Source: a virus (taxonomy: Duplodnaviria > Heunggongvirae > Uroviricota > Caudoviricetes). From it: a stretch of DNA of 64,000 nt. The notes under the pieces were generated by a model. It had not been told where the DNA came from. It was given only the letters and a program-made list of their open reading frames with translations, and ran no database searches. Where the stretch lies: the IMG/VR virus record IMGVR_UViG_3300020714_000006; one strand, 5' to 3'. Positions 40,739-49,168 of the stretch are shown here, piece after piece. Both the position numbers and the translations under genes were made by a program. Within the stretch, counting starts at the first letter, position 1. Every line of letters begins with the position of its first letter.

Positions 40739-40969
40739 CTATTTTGTTATTACACGTCCATCACTACATAAGTATGTTGTGGTTTCTGGTATCTGTGTAA
40801 ATGAACCACCATGTAATGGATTATATACAGTATATCCATCAGTATGCTCAATGTCAACACATTCATTATCTAATGTTCGATATTCTACGATCTGAATATA
40901 CGCATTGATTCCCAATACAACCATTATTAATATAGTAATGATTGCAAAAAATTTCTCTACTCTAGTCAT
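40739..40969 (-). CDS. Small membrane-anchored protein
   Basis: N-terminal hydrophobic helix; GGAG RBS. Confidence 0.65.
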   Translation of the reverse strand: MTRVEKFFAIITILIMVVLGINAYIQIVEYRTLDNECVDIEHTDGYTVYNPLHGGSFTQIPETTTYLCSDGRVITK

Positions 40970-41324
40970 TATCTTCTCCTCTATTGAATATATGTCTATT
41001 ATATACTAATATTATTTCTTGTCAACTGTTGACATTATCTTATTCTTCGGTATAATATACACATCGATGCAAGGATAGCAACGTGGGATATACAGGTGAT
41101 GCTGATTACAAGTCGAGTAATATCAAAGGCAACTTGTCTGTTATTTTTTAATAACACAAATAATAATGGGAGCATTAGCCCCCATTATGATAATACCCAC
41201 GCTGGATACAGTATGTCCTTATATGTGACGTGTTATTATCTTGTAAGGTTTTTCACACCAAGACCACTCTTACATTATGTCTATAATACGGTGCTATGCT
41301 CCATGCACAATGATACAATAATCT

Positions 41325-41594
41325 TTAATAAACCAATACAGCTAAGATTGGCTTTAATTCGTTAAATGTCTGCTCAGATATCTCTCTGAAGCAATCTGCA
41401 TAAACCGCACATCCATTACTAAAGTGATAGCATTGGTCATCGGCCAAGTCATCACCATCTTCTGCATACCATGTTCTAGCAATGTCGTTTGCTTTCTCTT
41501 GTATCTCATCTTCAGTAGAGATTGCTAAACAACTGGTAGTATTCTCATACTCACCATTCACATCTGTTATTTGCACTAAATAAAACTTATTCAT
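41325..41594 (-). CDS. Early hypothetical protein
   Basis: Promoter module. Confidence 0.65.
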   Translation of the reverse strand: MNKFYLVQITDVNGEYENTTSCLAISTEDEIQEKANDIARTWYAEDGDDLADDQCYHFSNGCAVYADCFREISEQTFNELKPILAVLVY

Positions 41595-41660
41595 TCTAAT
41601 TGCTCCGTTTCGTTTAAGAAGTAGCCATTATATACTAATGGCTACTATTGTCAACTACTA

Positions 41661-41978
41661 TTATGCAGTTTCTTTATTATAAAATTCATCAATGGCAACT
41701 AATACATCATCCAATGAACCATCTAAAAAATCATTATGTTGCTTCTCAACAACTTTTGAAGTTATACGCTTACATGCTGTAGATATATAAGTTCTCATAA
41801 AGTCTTGATACATCATATGACTTACAAACATCCCCTCTCTCGTGCCTACACTAACGAAAGTGTTTAACAAACCATTGCTAGTCTTGCGTGTAGTAATAGA
41901 TACTTCTCTGTTATCTAAATCAATAGTTGTCTTTGCTACCCAGTTCTTTGACCAATCTTTACTAATATATGTGTTCAT
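41661..41978 (-). CDS. Early hypothetical protein
   Basis: Hairpin promoter at 42003. Confidence 0.65.
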   Translation of the reverse strand: MNTYISKDWSKNWVAKTTIDLDNREVSITTRKTSNGLLNTFVSVGTREGMFVSHMMYQDFMRTYISTACKRITSKVVEKQHNDFLDGSLDDVLVAIDEFYNKETA

Positions 41979-42042
41979 CTTTATGCTCCAATGTTTGTGA
42001 ATGAATGGCTAGTATATACCAGCCATTCTAATATGTCAACTA

Positions 42043-42393
42043 TCAGTTTAAATAAACTCCACTATACCAACTTGTACCTTGTTCACTATATAACCCTACT
42101 TCATCTAATGCTTTATCCATTAAATCTATAGCACCATAGCACTCATAATCATAGTTAAAGAATGGTGCAACACCACCACCATCATATACAATAATCAATT
42201 CAGCACCAAGACAAAATTCTTCCCCTCTGGCTTTCCATTCAGCTGGACTATAAAAGGTTTTACATCCACCTGTATCTAAGGCATCATTATCAATCAATAC
42301 TTGCATAATGGCTTTATATGCTTTCTTACCATTAGATGATAAACCATCTGGCATTAGGTTATTCACTACATCTTGTTTAATTGCTTCTCTCAT
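42043..42393 (-). CDS. Early hypothetical protein
   Basis: Promoter module. Confidence 0.7.
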   Translation of the reverse strand: MREAIKQDVVNNLMPDGLSSNGKKAYKAIMQVLIDNDALDTGGCKTFYSPAEWKARGEEFCLGAELIIVYDGGGVAPFFNYDYECYGAIDLMDKALDEVGLYSEQGTSWYSGVYLN

Positions 42394-42459
42394 TGTCTTG
42401 CTCCGTTATGTTTAAGATGTAGCCATTATATACTAATGGCTACTATTGTCAACTACTAA

Positions 42460-42702
42460 TTATTCAGCTAACAATCCACTAATTTTTGCATCTGCTCGTA
42501 ATTGCTTTAATCTATCCAAATTCATTAATTGGTATTCATTCAATTCATACCATTCTTTACGCTGTTCTTCATTAAAGTATATACTTGGACGTTTACGACC
42601 ATCTAATGAATGATATGTTGCAAATTTCCCAAAACTAAATGTTTCAATCTTTACCTTGTACCCAATCGCCTTTAATTCTTTTCGTAATTGTGCTAATGTC
42701 AT
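42460..42702 (-). CDS. Early hypothetical protein
   Basis: GGAGC RBS. Confidence 0.65.
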   Translation of the reverse strand: MTLAQLRKELKAIGYKVKIETFSFGKFATYHSLDGRKRPSIYFNEEQRKEWYELNEYQLMNLDRLKQLRADAKISGLLAE

Positions 42703-42756
42703 TGCTCTGCTCCAGTTGGTTAATGAATGGCTATTCTATCAGGTTTATTTTACTTG

Positions 42757-43038
42757 TCAATAGTTTCCACTAAGATAATCTATTACTCTAGTAATTTCAA
42801 TAACCCATCTTGAATTATTGTCAAATTTTTCTTCTAAAACCTGTTTTGTTTGTTTTGCTTCTAATAAAAATTCTTCCAATACCATTTTATTAAACATATC
42901 AACAGGAACAGTATAATCATTACTAATATACTGTATATTGTCAATAAACTTATCAATCTTTGGTAATGTTTCTAGTTTTATAATATCAACCATATCTTGA
43001 ATGTCATTGTCAATGTCTAAAATTTCAACAATTTTCAT
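42757..43038 (-). CDS. Early hypothetical protein
   Basis: ORF within the early block. Confidence 0.55.
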   Translation of the reverse strand: MKIVEILDIDNDIQDMVDIIKLETLPKIDKFIDNIQYISNDYTVPVDMFNKMVLEEFLLEAKQTKQVLEEKFDNNSRWVIEITRVIDYLSGNY

Positions 43039-43234
43039 ACAGGCGTGTTTTTTAACTTTTCTACTAATACTTCCAACTTGTCTACCGAATCTTTTAACCT
43101 ACTATAATACTCATATTCAGCTTTCAATTCGTCCTCCTTTTTTGTTATATCTTCTTTTAACTCATCTACCATTTTGTTATTCCTCATCATATTCACTTAA
43201 TGAATGGCTATTATTTCATAGCCATTCTATCTTG

Positions 43235-43453
43235 TCAAACTATTTTTACAAACTCATCATCATGACCATAATCTATACTATATGCACTAATAGCCAATTC
43301 ATCATCTTCATATACGACTTTTACATCAATCTCCGAACCATTGATAAAGTAAGCAAACCAATGCTCTTCACCATGTAATTCAACATCGTAAAAATCAAGT
43401 ATATAAGAAATGATTTCGTTCTCTCTACCACGCACTAAACTCTTAATGTTCAT
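43235..43453 (-). CDS. Early hypothetical protein
   Basis: ORF with upstream promoter. Confidence 0.6.
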   Translation of the reverse strand: MNIKSLVRGRENEIISYILDFYDVELHGEEHWFAYFINGSEIDVKVVYEDDELAISAYSIDYGHDDEFVKIV

Positions 43454-43526
43454 ATCTGCCCCTAGTTAAATGAAACACTATTCTATCAGGGTTATACTAA
43501 TTGTCAACAATATTTAAATCTGGTTC

Positions 43527-43826
43527 CTAATCTGGTTTGCTCATTAAATCAAATAATGTTCCTGCCCTAATACTAGGCAATAACTCAATTCGATAATTGT
43601 TTAATAACTCTGCCCATTCGTCTTGATGTGAAATATCAAATACTGTATAGATATCACCATCTTCTATTGACAATGAAGACAACGATTCAATGAATTCATC
43701 AGGACACATCATCTCTGCTTCTGGTATATCATAAATATCAAACTCATAACATCCATCTACTACATTAGCACCTATATATCTAGCCATCTCTTTCCCCAGT
43801 TCAATTACTATTTCGTCTATTCTCAT
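43527..43826 (-). CDS. Acidic early protein
   Basis: Overlaps 43801..44001. Confidence 0.6.
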   Translation of the reverse strand: MRIDEIVIELGKEMARYIGANVVDGCYEFDIYDIPEAEMMCPDEFIESLSSLSIEDGDIYTVFDISHQDEWAELLNNYRIELLPSIRAGTLFDLMSKPD

Positions 43827-44001
43827 AGTTCTCTAATTTGTCAAGTATTCTTCGTGATATCTTTAATGCCTCTTGATATATTTCCTCTTGTTCTTCTGCA
43901 CTATGTGTATGCTCTACTATATCAGCTTTATATTCTGGTATCAATACACCACGTTTAGCTAAGTTCTCCTTAGCTATCTTTAACTTTTCTTCAATGTTCA
44001 T
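43801..44001 (-). CDS. Early hypothetical protein
   Basis: Promoter at about 44030-44060. Confidence 0.6.
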   Translation of the reverse strand: MNIEEKLKIAKENLAKRGVLIPEYKADIVEHTHSAEEQEEIYQEALKISRRILDKLENYENRRNSN

Positions 44002-44196
44002 ATTATCATTCCACTATTCAAAACCTATATTCTATCACATCATCACAATCTGTCAACTGGTTTTCAAACATTTGTCTAGACAATAACATCTTTGTAATAT
44101 CAACCTGTTTAACAGTCCATTCTTCTATAGTATATCCTTCCGGTACATATTTCTCATCTATCATTATATTAATCCCCATATGTGTACATTACACAG

Positions 44197-44451
44197 CTAG
44201 CACATATCCAACTGCACCTGGTAGCCATTCCAGGATCCCAATATACCACCTGGTTTTACTTGCTGGTCTCTAATCTGCTCTAAAGCTTCCAATGCGGCAA
44301 TTGCTGCCAAGTTGAATGAACTAGTACTACCAACTCCACTTCGAACCATGGCAGCAGTAGTTCTAAATGATACTGCATTAACACGGACCAATAACTGCTG
44401 TGATTTACTTAACTGCTGCGATTTACTTAAACGTTTCATTGTGTGCTCCAA
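44197..44451 (-). CDS. Early hypothetical protein
   Basis: GGAGC RBS near 44445; start may be 44439. Confidence 0.55.
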   Translation of the reverse strand: MEHTMKRLSKSQQLSKSQQLLVRVNAVSFRTTAAMVRSGVGSTSSFNLAAIAALEALEQIRDQQVKPGGILGSWNGYQVQLDMC

Positions 44452-44915
44452 TTTAAAAAATCATATGGTAGCACAATGCATATATGGTGTCAAGCAATAT
44501 TACACAGCTAGCATATTAGAATATTGATATAGCACAGCTAGCATTATGGTAGGTAGATGGGTGTATTTGATAATGGACTTGACATCTTGAGTAAAGTATG
44601 ATATAATAGATTACTTTTCTCTAGACAAACGAAAACATCAAATCTCAAGCAATTTTTCGTTGAGTTCTGACGCTAATTGAAATTCTAATTGTATTGTTCC
44701 TGGTTATATGGTCCAGGGCCATTCTATGCCTATAATGTGTCTCACGTAAGGTAATGGTACGTCCATATAATGCTTGACAATGTGCCTGTATGCTGCCTAC
44801 TAGTGTATATCAATATTCACAGCTAGCATTCTTATATTAGCCACTTATGTACCAGGTCTTATGGGTCTGCCTGAAGTGGTTTCTCTATATCATACTATCT
44901 ATAACATTATTTATC

Positions 44916-45119
44916 TTATTTGTCAACTTCTTTAACTGTTACATGCCATCCTATAGAAGGTGGCGCTGTTGTTATATAGTCCATGGCAGCTTCTTCACTG
45001 TCAAAACACTCATAGTCAAACCTGGTGTCAGTATACTTCCAACAATGATAGATAGAGTTGCTGCGTCTCACTCTTACTACATGAGTTGTGAAAGTCATCT
45101 CAAATATTAAATCTTCCAT
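44916..45119 (-). CDS. Hypothetical protein
   Basis: GGGAG RBS and promoter at about 45150-45180. Confidence 0.6.
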   Translation of the reverse strand: MEDLIFEMTFTTHVVRVRRSNSIYHCWKYTDTRFDYECFDSEEAAMDYITTAPPSIGWHVTVKEVDK

Positions 45120-45484
45120 AACATACTCCCATTATATAAGATATTTACATATTATATCACATTTTTATACCATTGTCAATATACACAGCTAGCATTCTAG
45201 GGCAAAACTATGCAATTATCGTGCCAATAATGTTATCTAACAGCCTGGGAAAAGGGTTGACAACATTGTAGAAGTATGGTATAATGTGGGGTTTTGTGTA
45301 GTGAAAACGTGCATAGCTGAGAAAGATACTATGGTTTCCACAGCTTTATGACTGTATAAGAATGATTTCCACAGCTTTTTGACTGTACTGTACAATACAG
45401 ATAAAGTAAAGTATCTACCCTGTATGACGCTTATATGAGCGTGATAAGGGTGCTGATATATAGAGGCACAGCTAGCATTCTAGC

Positions 45485-45561
45485 TAAATATTAGACAATA
45501 AAAAAGCCATTCGTGATATGGGGATATCCAATGGCGGTAACGACTGGGAGGTCATCACATG
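45485..45561 (+). promoter_or_regulatory. Endonuclease leader motif, copy 4
   Basis: TAAATA; GCCATT-CGT-GATAT(GGGG)ATATC-C-AATGGC; GAC(TGGGAG)GTC; ATG. Confidence 0.7.
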
Positions 45562-46239
45562 GATATTTATCCTATACAAACCAAGCATTGTAAGAAATGC
45601 GATATAACAAAGTCGATAGAACATTTTAGTAAAGATAAGCATCATACTGATGGATTACAATCACAATGTAAGAGTTGTGTAAATGTTTATAGAGAAGAAA
45701 ATAAAGAGAAGTTAGCTGCATATAAAACTGAATACAATAAGAACAATAGACATAAAAGAAAAGAGTATCATATAGCTAATAAAGAAAAAGTATTAGCCCA
45801 ACAGAAGGAGTACAGATTGTCTAAAAAGAATATATCTATTGAGCAGGATATTGTATTAGATAAAAAAGTAGATCAGTTGATACAAAAGCAGAAGAAGAAT
45901 GCATATCAAAAATATAGAAAGGCCACTGATCCATTATTCAAGTTAAAGAGTAATATAAGAAATCTTATTGGGATATCAATTAATAGGAATGGCTATAAAA
46001 AGACATCTAGGACATATGAGATATTAGGATGTAGTTATGAAGAGTTCAAGGTTTATATAGAGAGTAAGTTTTTAGAAGGGATGAGTTGGGAGAATCGTAG
46101 TGAGTGGCATTTAGATCATATCATACCTGTAAGTTATGGATTGAATGAAGAGGAGATATTAGCACTGAATCATTATAGTAATTTGCAGCCGTTATGGGCT
46201 ATTGATAATTTGAGTAAGTCTAACAGGTATATAGGATAA
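45559..46239 (+). CDS. HNH/EndoVII-like endonuclease
   Basis: CKKC..CKSC; WHLDHIIPVS..NHYSNLQPLWAIDN. Confidence 0.85.
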   Translation: MDIYPIQTKHCKKCDITKSIEHFSKDKHHTDGLQSQCKSCVNVYREENKEKLAAYKTEYNKNNRHKRKEYHIANKEKVLAQQKEYRLSKKNISIEQDIVLDKKVDQLIQKQKKNAYQKYRKATDPLFKLKSNIRNLIGISINRNGYKKTSRTYEILGCSYEEFKVYIESKFLEGMSWENRSEWHLDHIIPVSYGLNEEEILALNHYSNLQPLWAIDNLSKSNRYIG

Positions 46240-46241
46240 GA

Positions 46242-46270
46242 ATGAACCCGGTTGATAGCCGGGTTTTTTA
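46242..46270. terminator. Bidirectional terminator between convergent endonucleases
   Basis: AACCCGG-TTGATAG-CCGGGTTTTTT. Confidence 0.75.
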
Positions 46271-46939
46271 TTACTTATATTTGTCTTTGCATTTAGTCCA
46301 GTGTATGTTATTAGATTTCTGTATATTATCTTCAGCCCATAATGGTTGGAAGTTTGTATAATGATTAAGTGCTAGTATTTCTTCTTCTGTTAGACCTAGA
46401 GATATGGGGATGATATGGTCAAGGTGCCATAGATTACGATTATCCCAATTCATACCTTCTGTAAATTGAAGTTCTATGTGTTGTTTAAATTGTTCATATG
46501 AGCATCCTAGTATTTGATTAGTTTTAGAGTTCTTTGTGTAGCCATTATTTTTAATTGATTGCCGAATAAGATTTCTAGTATTATGTTTTAATTTGTATAA
46601 AGGGTCACGTTTTCTTCGTTCTGTTATGTATGAGTTAATTTTATCTCGATTAGCTTTTTGGTATTGTTTAAGGTATTCTTTAACTCTATCTGCGTTAGCT
46701 TTACGGTATTGTTTCCTTCTTTCTTTTAATTTATCTTCATTTGCTTGATAGTATTCTTTAACTCTATCTGCGTTAGTTTTATAGTATTGTTTATTGTATT
46801 CTTTAACTCTATCTGCGTTAGCTTTTTTGTATACTTTAATACAAACTTTGCATTGTGATTGATATCCAGATTTTTTAGTTATATCTTTACTAAATTCTGT
46901 AATAGGTTTTAGTTCTTTGCATTTGGAGCATGATTTCAT
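46271..46939 (-). CDS. HNH/EndoVII-like endonuclease with KANADRVKEY repeats
   Basis: CSKC..CKVC; WHLDHIIP..NHYTNFQPLWAEDN; TTGACC-17-TATAAT upstream. Confidence 0.85.
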   Translation of the reverse strand: MKSCSKCKELKPITEFSKDITKKSGYQSQCKVCIKVYKKANADRVKEYNKQYYKTNADRVKEYYQANEDKLKERRKQYRKANADRVKEYLKQYQKANRDKINSYITERRKRDPLYKLKHNTRNLIRQSIKNNGYTKNSKTNQILGCSYEQFKQHIELQFTEGMNWDNRNLWHLDHIIPISLGLTEEEILALNHYTNFQPLWAEDNIQKSNNIHWTKCKDKYK

Positions 46940-47053
46940 TATTATATCCTTATAAAATTTTGATATTATAACATAAAAGGATGGTTAGGTCAATAGTAGT
47001 TGACAAGGTTATGTGTATATGATAAGATATTGGTTCTTCATATTGAGGTGGTC

Positions 47054-47323
47054 ATGAAATTTAAGATATTTGATGTTGATTGGAAAAATGATAAAGTAGA
47101 TCATTCTTGTGGTGTACGTGTTTCTGGTGGTGGTGAGATAAAGCGGTATTATCCTGAAGTATATGAGTGGTTATGTAAGACTTTTGGTGATTATGGTAAT
47201 ATGAGTCGTGATAAATGGATAAAGTGTTGTGATCGTCGATATTATATAAATAGGAATCGTATTTTTTTCAAGGATAAATCTGATTTAACTTGGTTTATGT
47301 TGAATTGGTCATCTCTATTCTAA
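47054..47323 (+). CDS. WFxLRW-family protein behind an orphan junction repeat
   Basis: ATTGAGGTGGTCATGA at 47042-47057; ends LTWFMLNWSSLF. Confidence 0.75.
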   Translation: MKFKIFDVDWKNDKVDHSCGVRVSGGGEIKRYYPEVYEWLCKTFGDYGNMSRDKWIKCCDRRYYINRNRIFFKDKSDLTWFMLNWSSLF

Positions 47324-47356
47324 TTGAATAAATATAGGTAATGGAGAATTATATAG

Positions 47357-48427
47357 ATGTTTCTAAGAGAATTATTTGAAGCGAGAAGTTTACCAAATGA
47401 AAATAGTTTGGGTAGACCTATTACAAACAATCCACAATCATTAAAGAACTTTTGGGCATGGTTTAAAGGTAGTAAAGTCGTAGATGCTAATAAAAGACCA
47501 TTAGTAATGTATCATGGTACCACTGCTGATTTCCCCAGTTTTGGATATGAATATGCTGATAAAGGTGAAGGTGCTTCTGGTATGGGTTTTTACTTTACTA
47601 ATATGCATCATACCGCAAGTGGTTATGCAATGCAAAATAGAGAAAGTAGTGGTGCAAATGTTATACCGGTGTATTTAAATATTAGTAAACCCATGGATAG
47701 TGAATATAAAAAATTGCTTAATAGGATGCAAATTAAACAACTAATGTTGATGGCACCTGATTTAGATATGAGCTTAAGTAACTTTGGTGATGTAGAATAT
47801 GAGGGTAGAAATAAGGTATTAAATAATGCCATAGATGGGTACCATGAATATGGATATGATATTTTATTACGTCAATTAAATAGCATAGGTAATGATTTTT
47901 ATAGTGGTGAGAATGAAGCATTTTTAAAGGCTATTATAGCTATTACAGGGTTTAATGGGGTTGTTAAGAAATTAGGGGAAGAAGTATATTATGTAGCATG
48001 GGACTCTTCACAAATAAAGTCAGCGGTTGGTAATGTTGGTGGCTATGGTTCTGGTGGCATAGTTGATGAAACCTTGTTAGAAGAATTAAAAGATGGTGAA
48101 GATCGTATAGTGATACCTGGTGGTTTGATTAGAGTAGTATCACCTGCACCATATTCTCCTAGAGATGCTAGTGTAGTAGAATTTATCGTAGATGAAGATA
48201 AACGTAACCAAGGTATTGGTACAAAATTAGTAGCAATGGCTGTCAATAAGTATCCTGATCTAGGGGCACAAGTGAGTTCGGTATCATCTATGAAGGCATT
48301 TTATAATAATGGATTTCGTAATCCTAAAATACCAGATGGGTCTTTTGATGATCATATTGAAGCATTTAAAGAAAACTGGGGTAGTTTATTCATGGCCTCT
48401 ACTGATAGAGATGGTAAACGATATTAG
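47357..48427 (+). CDS. ADP-ribosyltransferase-like plus GNAT acetyltransferase fusion, MFLRELFE leader
   Basis: VMYHGT, GFYFT, VIPVYL, VAWDSSQIKS; then VDEDKRNQGIGTKLV. Confidence 0.75.
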   Translation: MFLRELFEARSLPNENSLGRPITNNPQSLKNFWAWFKGSKVVDANKRPLVMYHGTTADFPSFGYEYADKGEGASGMGFYFTNMHHTASGYAMQNRESSGANVIPVYLNISKPMDSEYKKLLNRMQIKQLMLMAPDLDMSLSNFGDVEYEGRNKVLNNAIDGYHEYGYDILLRQLNSIGNDFYSGENEAFLKAIIAITGFNGVVKKLGEEVYYVAWDSSQIKSAVGNVGGYGSGGIVDETLLEELKDGEDRIVIPGGLIRVVSPAPYSPRDASVVEFIVDEDKRNQGIGTKLVAMAVNKYPDLGAQVSSVSSMKAFYNNGFRNPKIPDGSFDDHIEAFKENWGSLFMASTDRDGKRY

Positions 48428-48454
48428 ATATAATAGAGAACATTATAGTTCTAA

Positions 48455-48485
48455 AAATAAACCGGGTATATCCCGGTTTTTTATT
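48455..48485 (+). terminator. Intrinsic terminator
   Basis: AAACCGGG-TATAT-CCCGGTTTTTT. Confidence 0.75.
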
Positions 48486-48512
48486 GACAAAATTTTAACA
48501 TTATGATAAGAT
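48484..48512 (+). promoter_or_regulatory. Sigma70 promoter heading the array
   Basis: TTGACA-17-TAAGAT, same -10 variant as at about 46990. Confidence 0.65.
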
Positions 48513-48537
48513 ATTGATTTTTTATGTGGTGGGTATT

Positions 48538-48777
48538 ATGCCAATAGGTAAAACTTATACGTTATCCAATATATTCAAAGGACGAGAATATCACGTAGTA
48601 ACATATATTGGTAAAGAGTATTGGATGCCAGATGACCAACATACCTGGTGTACTGAACAATTTGGTAAAGCTGGCGATTTTACTAATATAGTGGCGTGTA
48701 GATGGTATCATCATGGTAACCGTTTTGGGTTTTTAAATGAAGCAGACCGTGATTGGTTTGTATTGAGGTGGTCATGA
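48538..48777 (+). CDS. WFxLRWS-family protein
   Basis: Ends DWFVLRWS. Confidence 0.75.
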   Translation: MPIGKTYTLSNIFKGREYHVVTYIGKEYWMPDDQHTWCTEQFGKAGDFTNIVACRWYHHGNRFGFLNEADRDWFVLRWS

Positions 48778-48974
48778 TTTATGAAGTTAAATGGATTGAT
48801 ATGCCAGAAAATGTAAGAGAAAATATATTTAAAGCAATATTACTTGATGAAATAGGAATAATTTCAAAACTTAAACTTGAATTGATGAAATATAATGGAA
48901 TGTATAGTGATAAAGGTACTATTGTATTTGCATCCGATGCACATTACAATTGGTTCATATTGCGGTGGTCATGA
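48774..48974 (+). CDS. WFxLRWS-family protein
   Basis: ATGA-coupled; NWFILRWS. Confidence 0.75.
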   Translation: MIYEVKWIDMPENVRENIFKAILLDEIGIISKLKLELMKYNGMYSDKGTIVFASDAHYNWFILRWS

Positions 48975-49168
48975 GAATTACCATAGATAAGCCTACGAGC
49001 ACATCTAAGTGGCGATGGGTATTAGTATGTCCTGGAATTTCAGATGATGAAATAGATGAAATAAATGAATGGCTTGATAATAGTGGCATTGAATATAGCA
49101 ATGTTACGGTAAGGTGGTGGATATCGAGAGAAGCTGATGTTAATTGGTTTGTTTTGAGGTGGTCATGA
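48971..49168 (+). CDS. WFxLRWS-family protein
   Basis: ATGA-coupled; NWFVLRWS. Confidence 0.75.
   Translation: MRITIDKPTSTSKWRWVLVCPGISDDEIDEINEWLDNSGIEYSNVTVRWWISREADVNWFVLRWS

Larger units (their letters stand above)
27090..43240 (-). repeat. Dispersed early promoter/leader module, more than 20 copies
   Basis: TTGACA-16/17-TATAAT with the -10 box inside an inverted repeat, then AAC(AAC)GGAGCAAR..ATG. Confidence 0.85.

Noticed and set aside
27090-43240. Classical integron attC sites
   Set aside because: No RYYYAAC/GTTRRRY pairing or extrahelical bases, and no integrase is present. The hairpins are kept only as an unexplained structure.
44578-44760. Small RNA behind the + strand promoter at 44578
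   Set aside because: Only two weak hairpins and no clear terminator; not enough support.
45334-45390. DnaA boxes
   Set aside because: TTTCCACA differs from TTWTNCACA at the first base and occurs only twice; kept only as a direct repeat.
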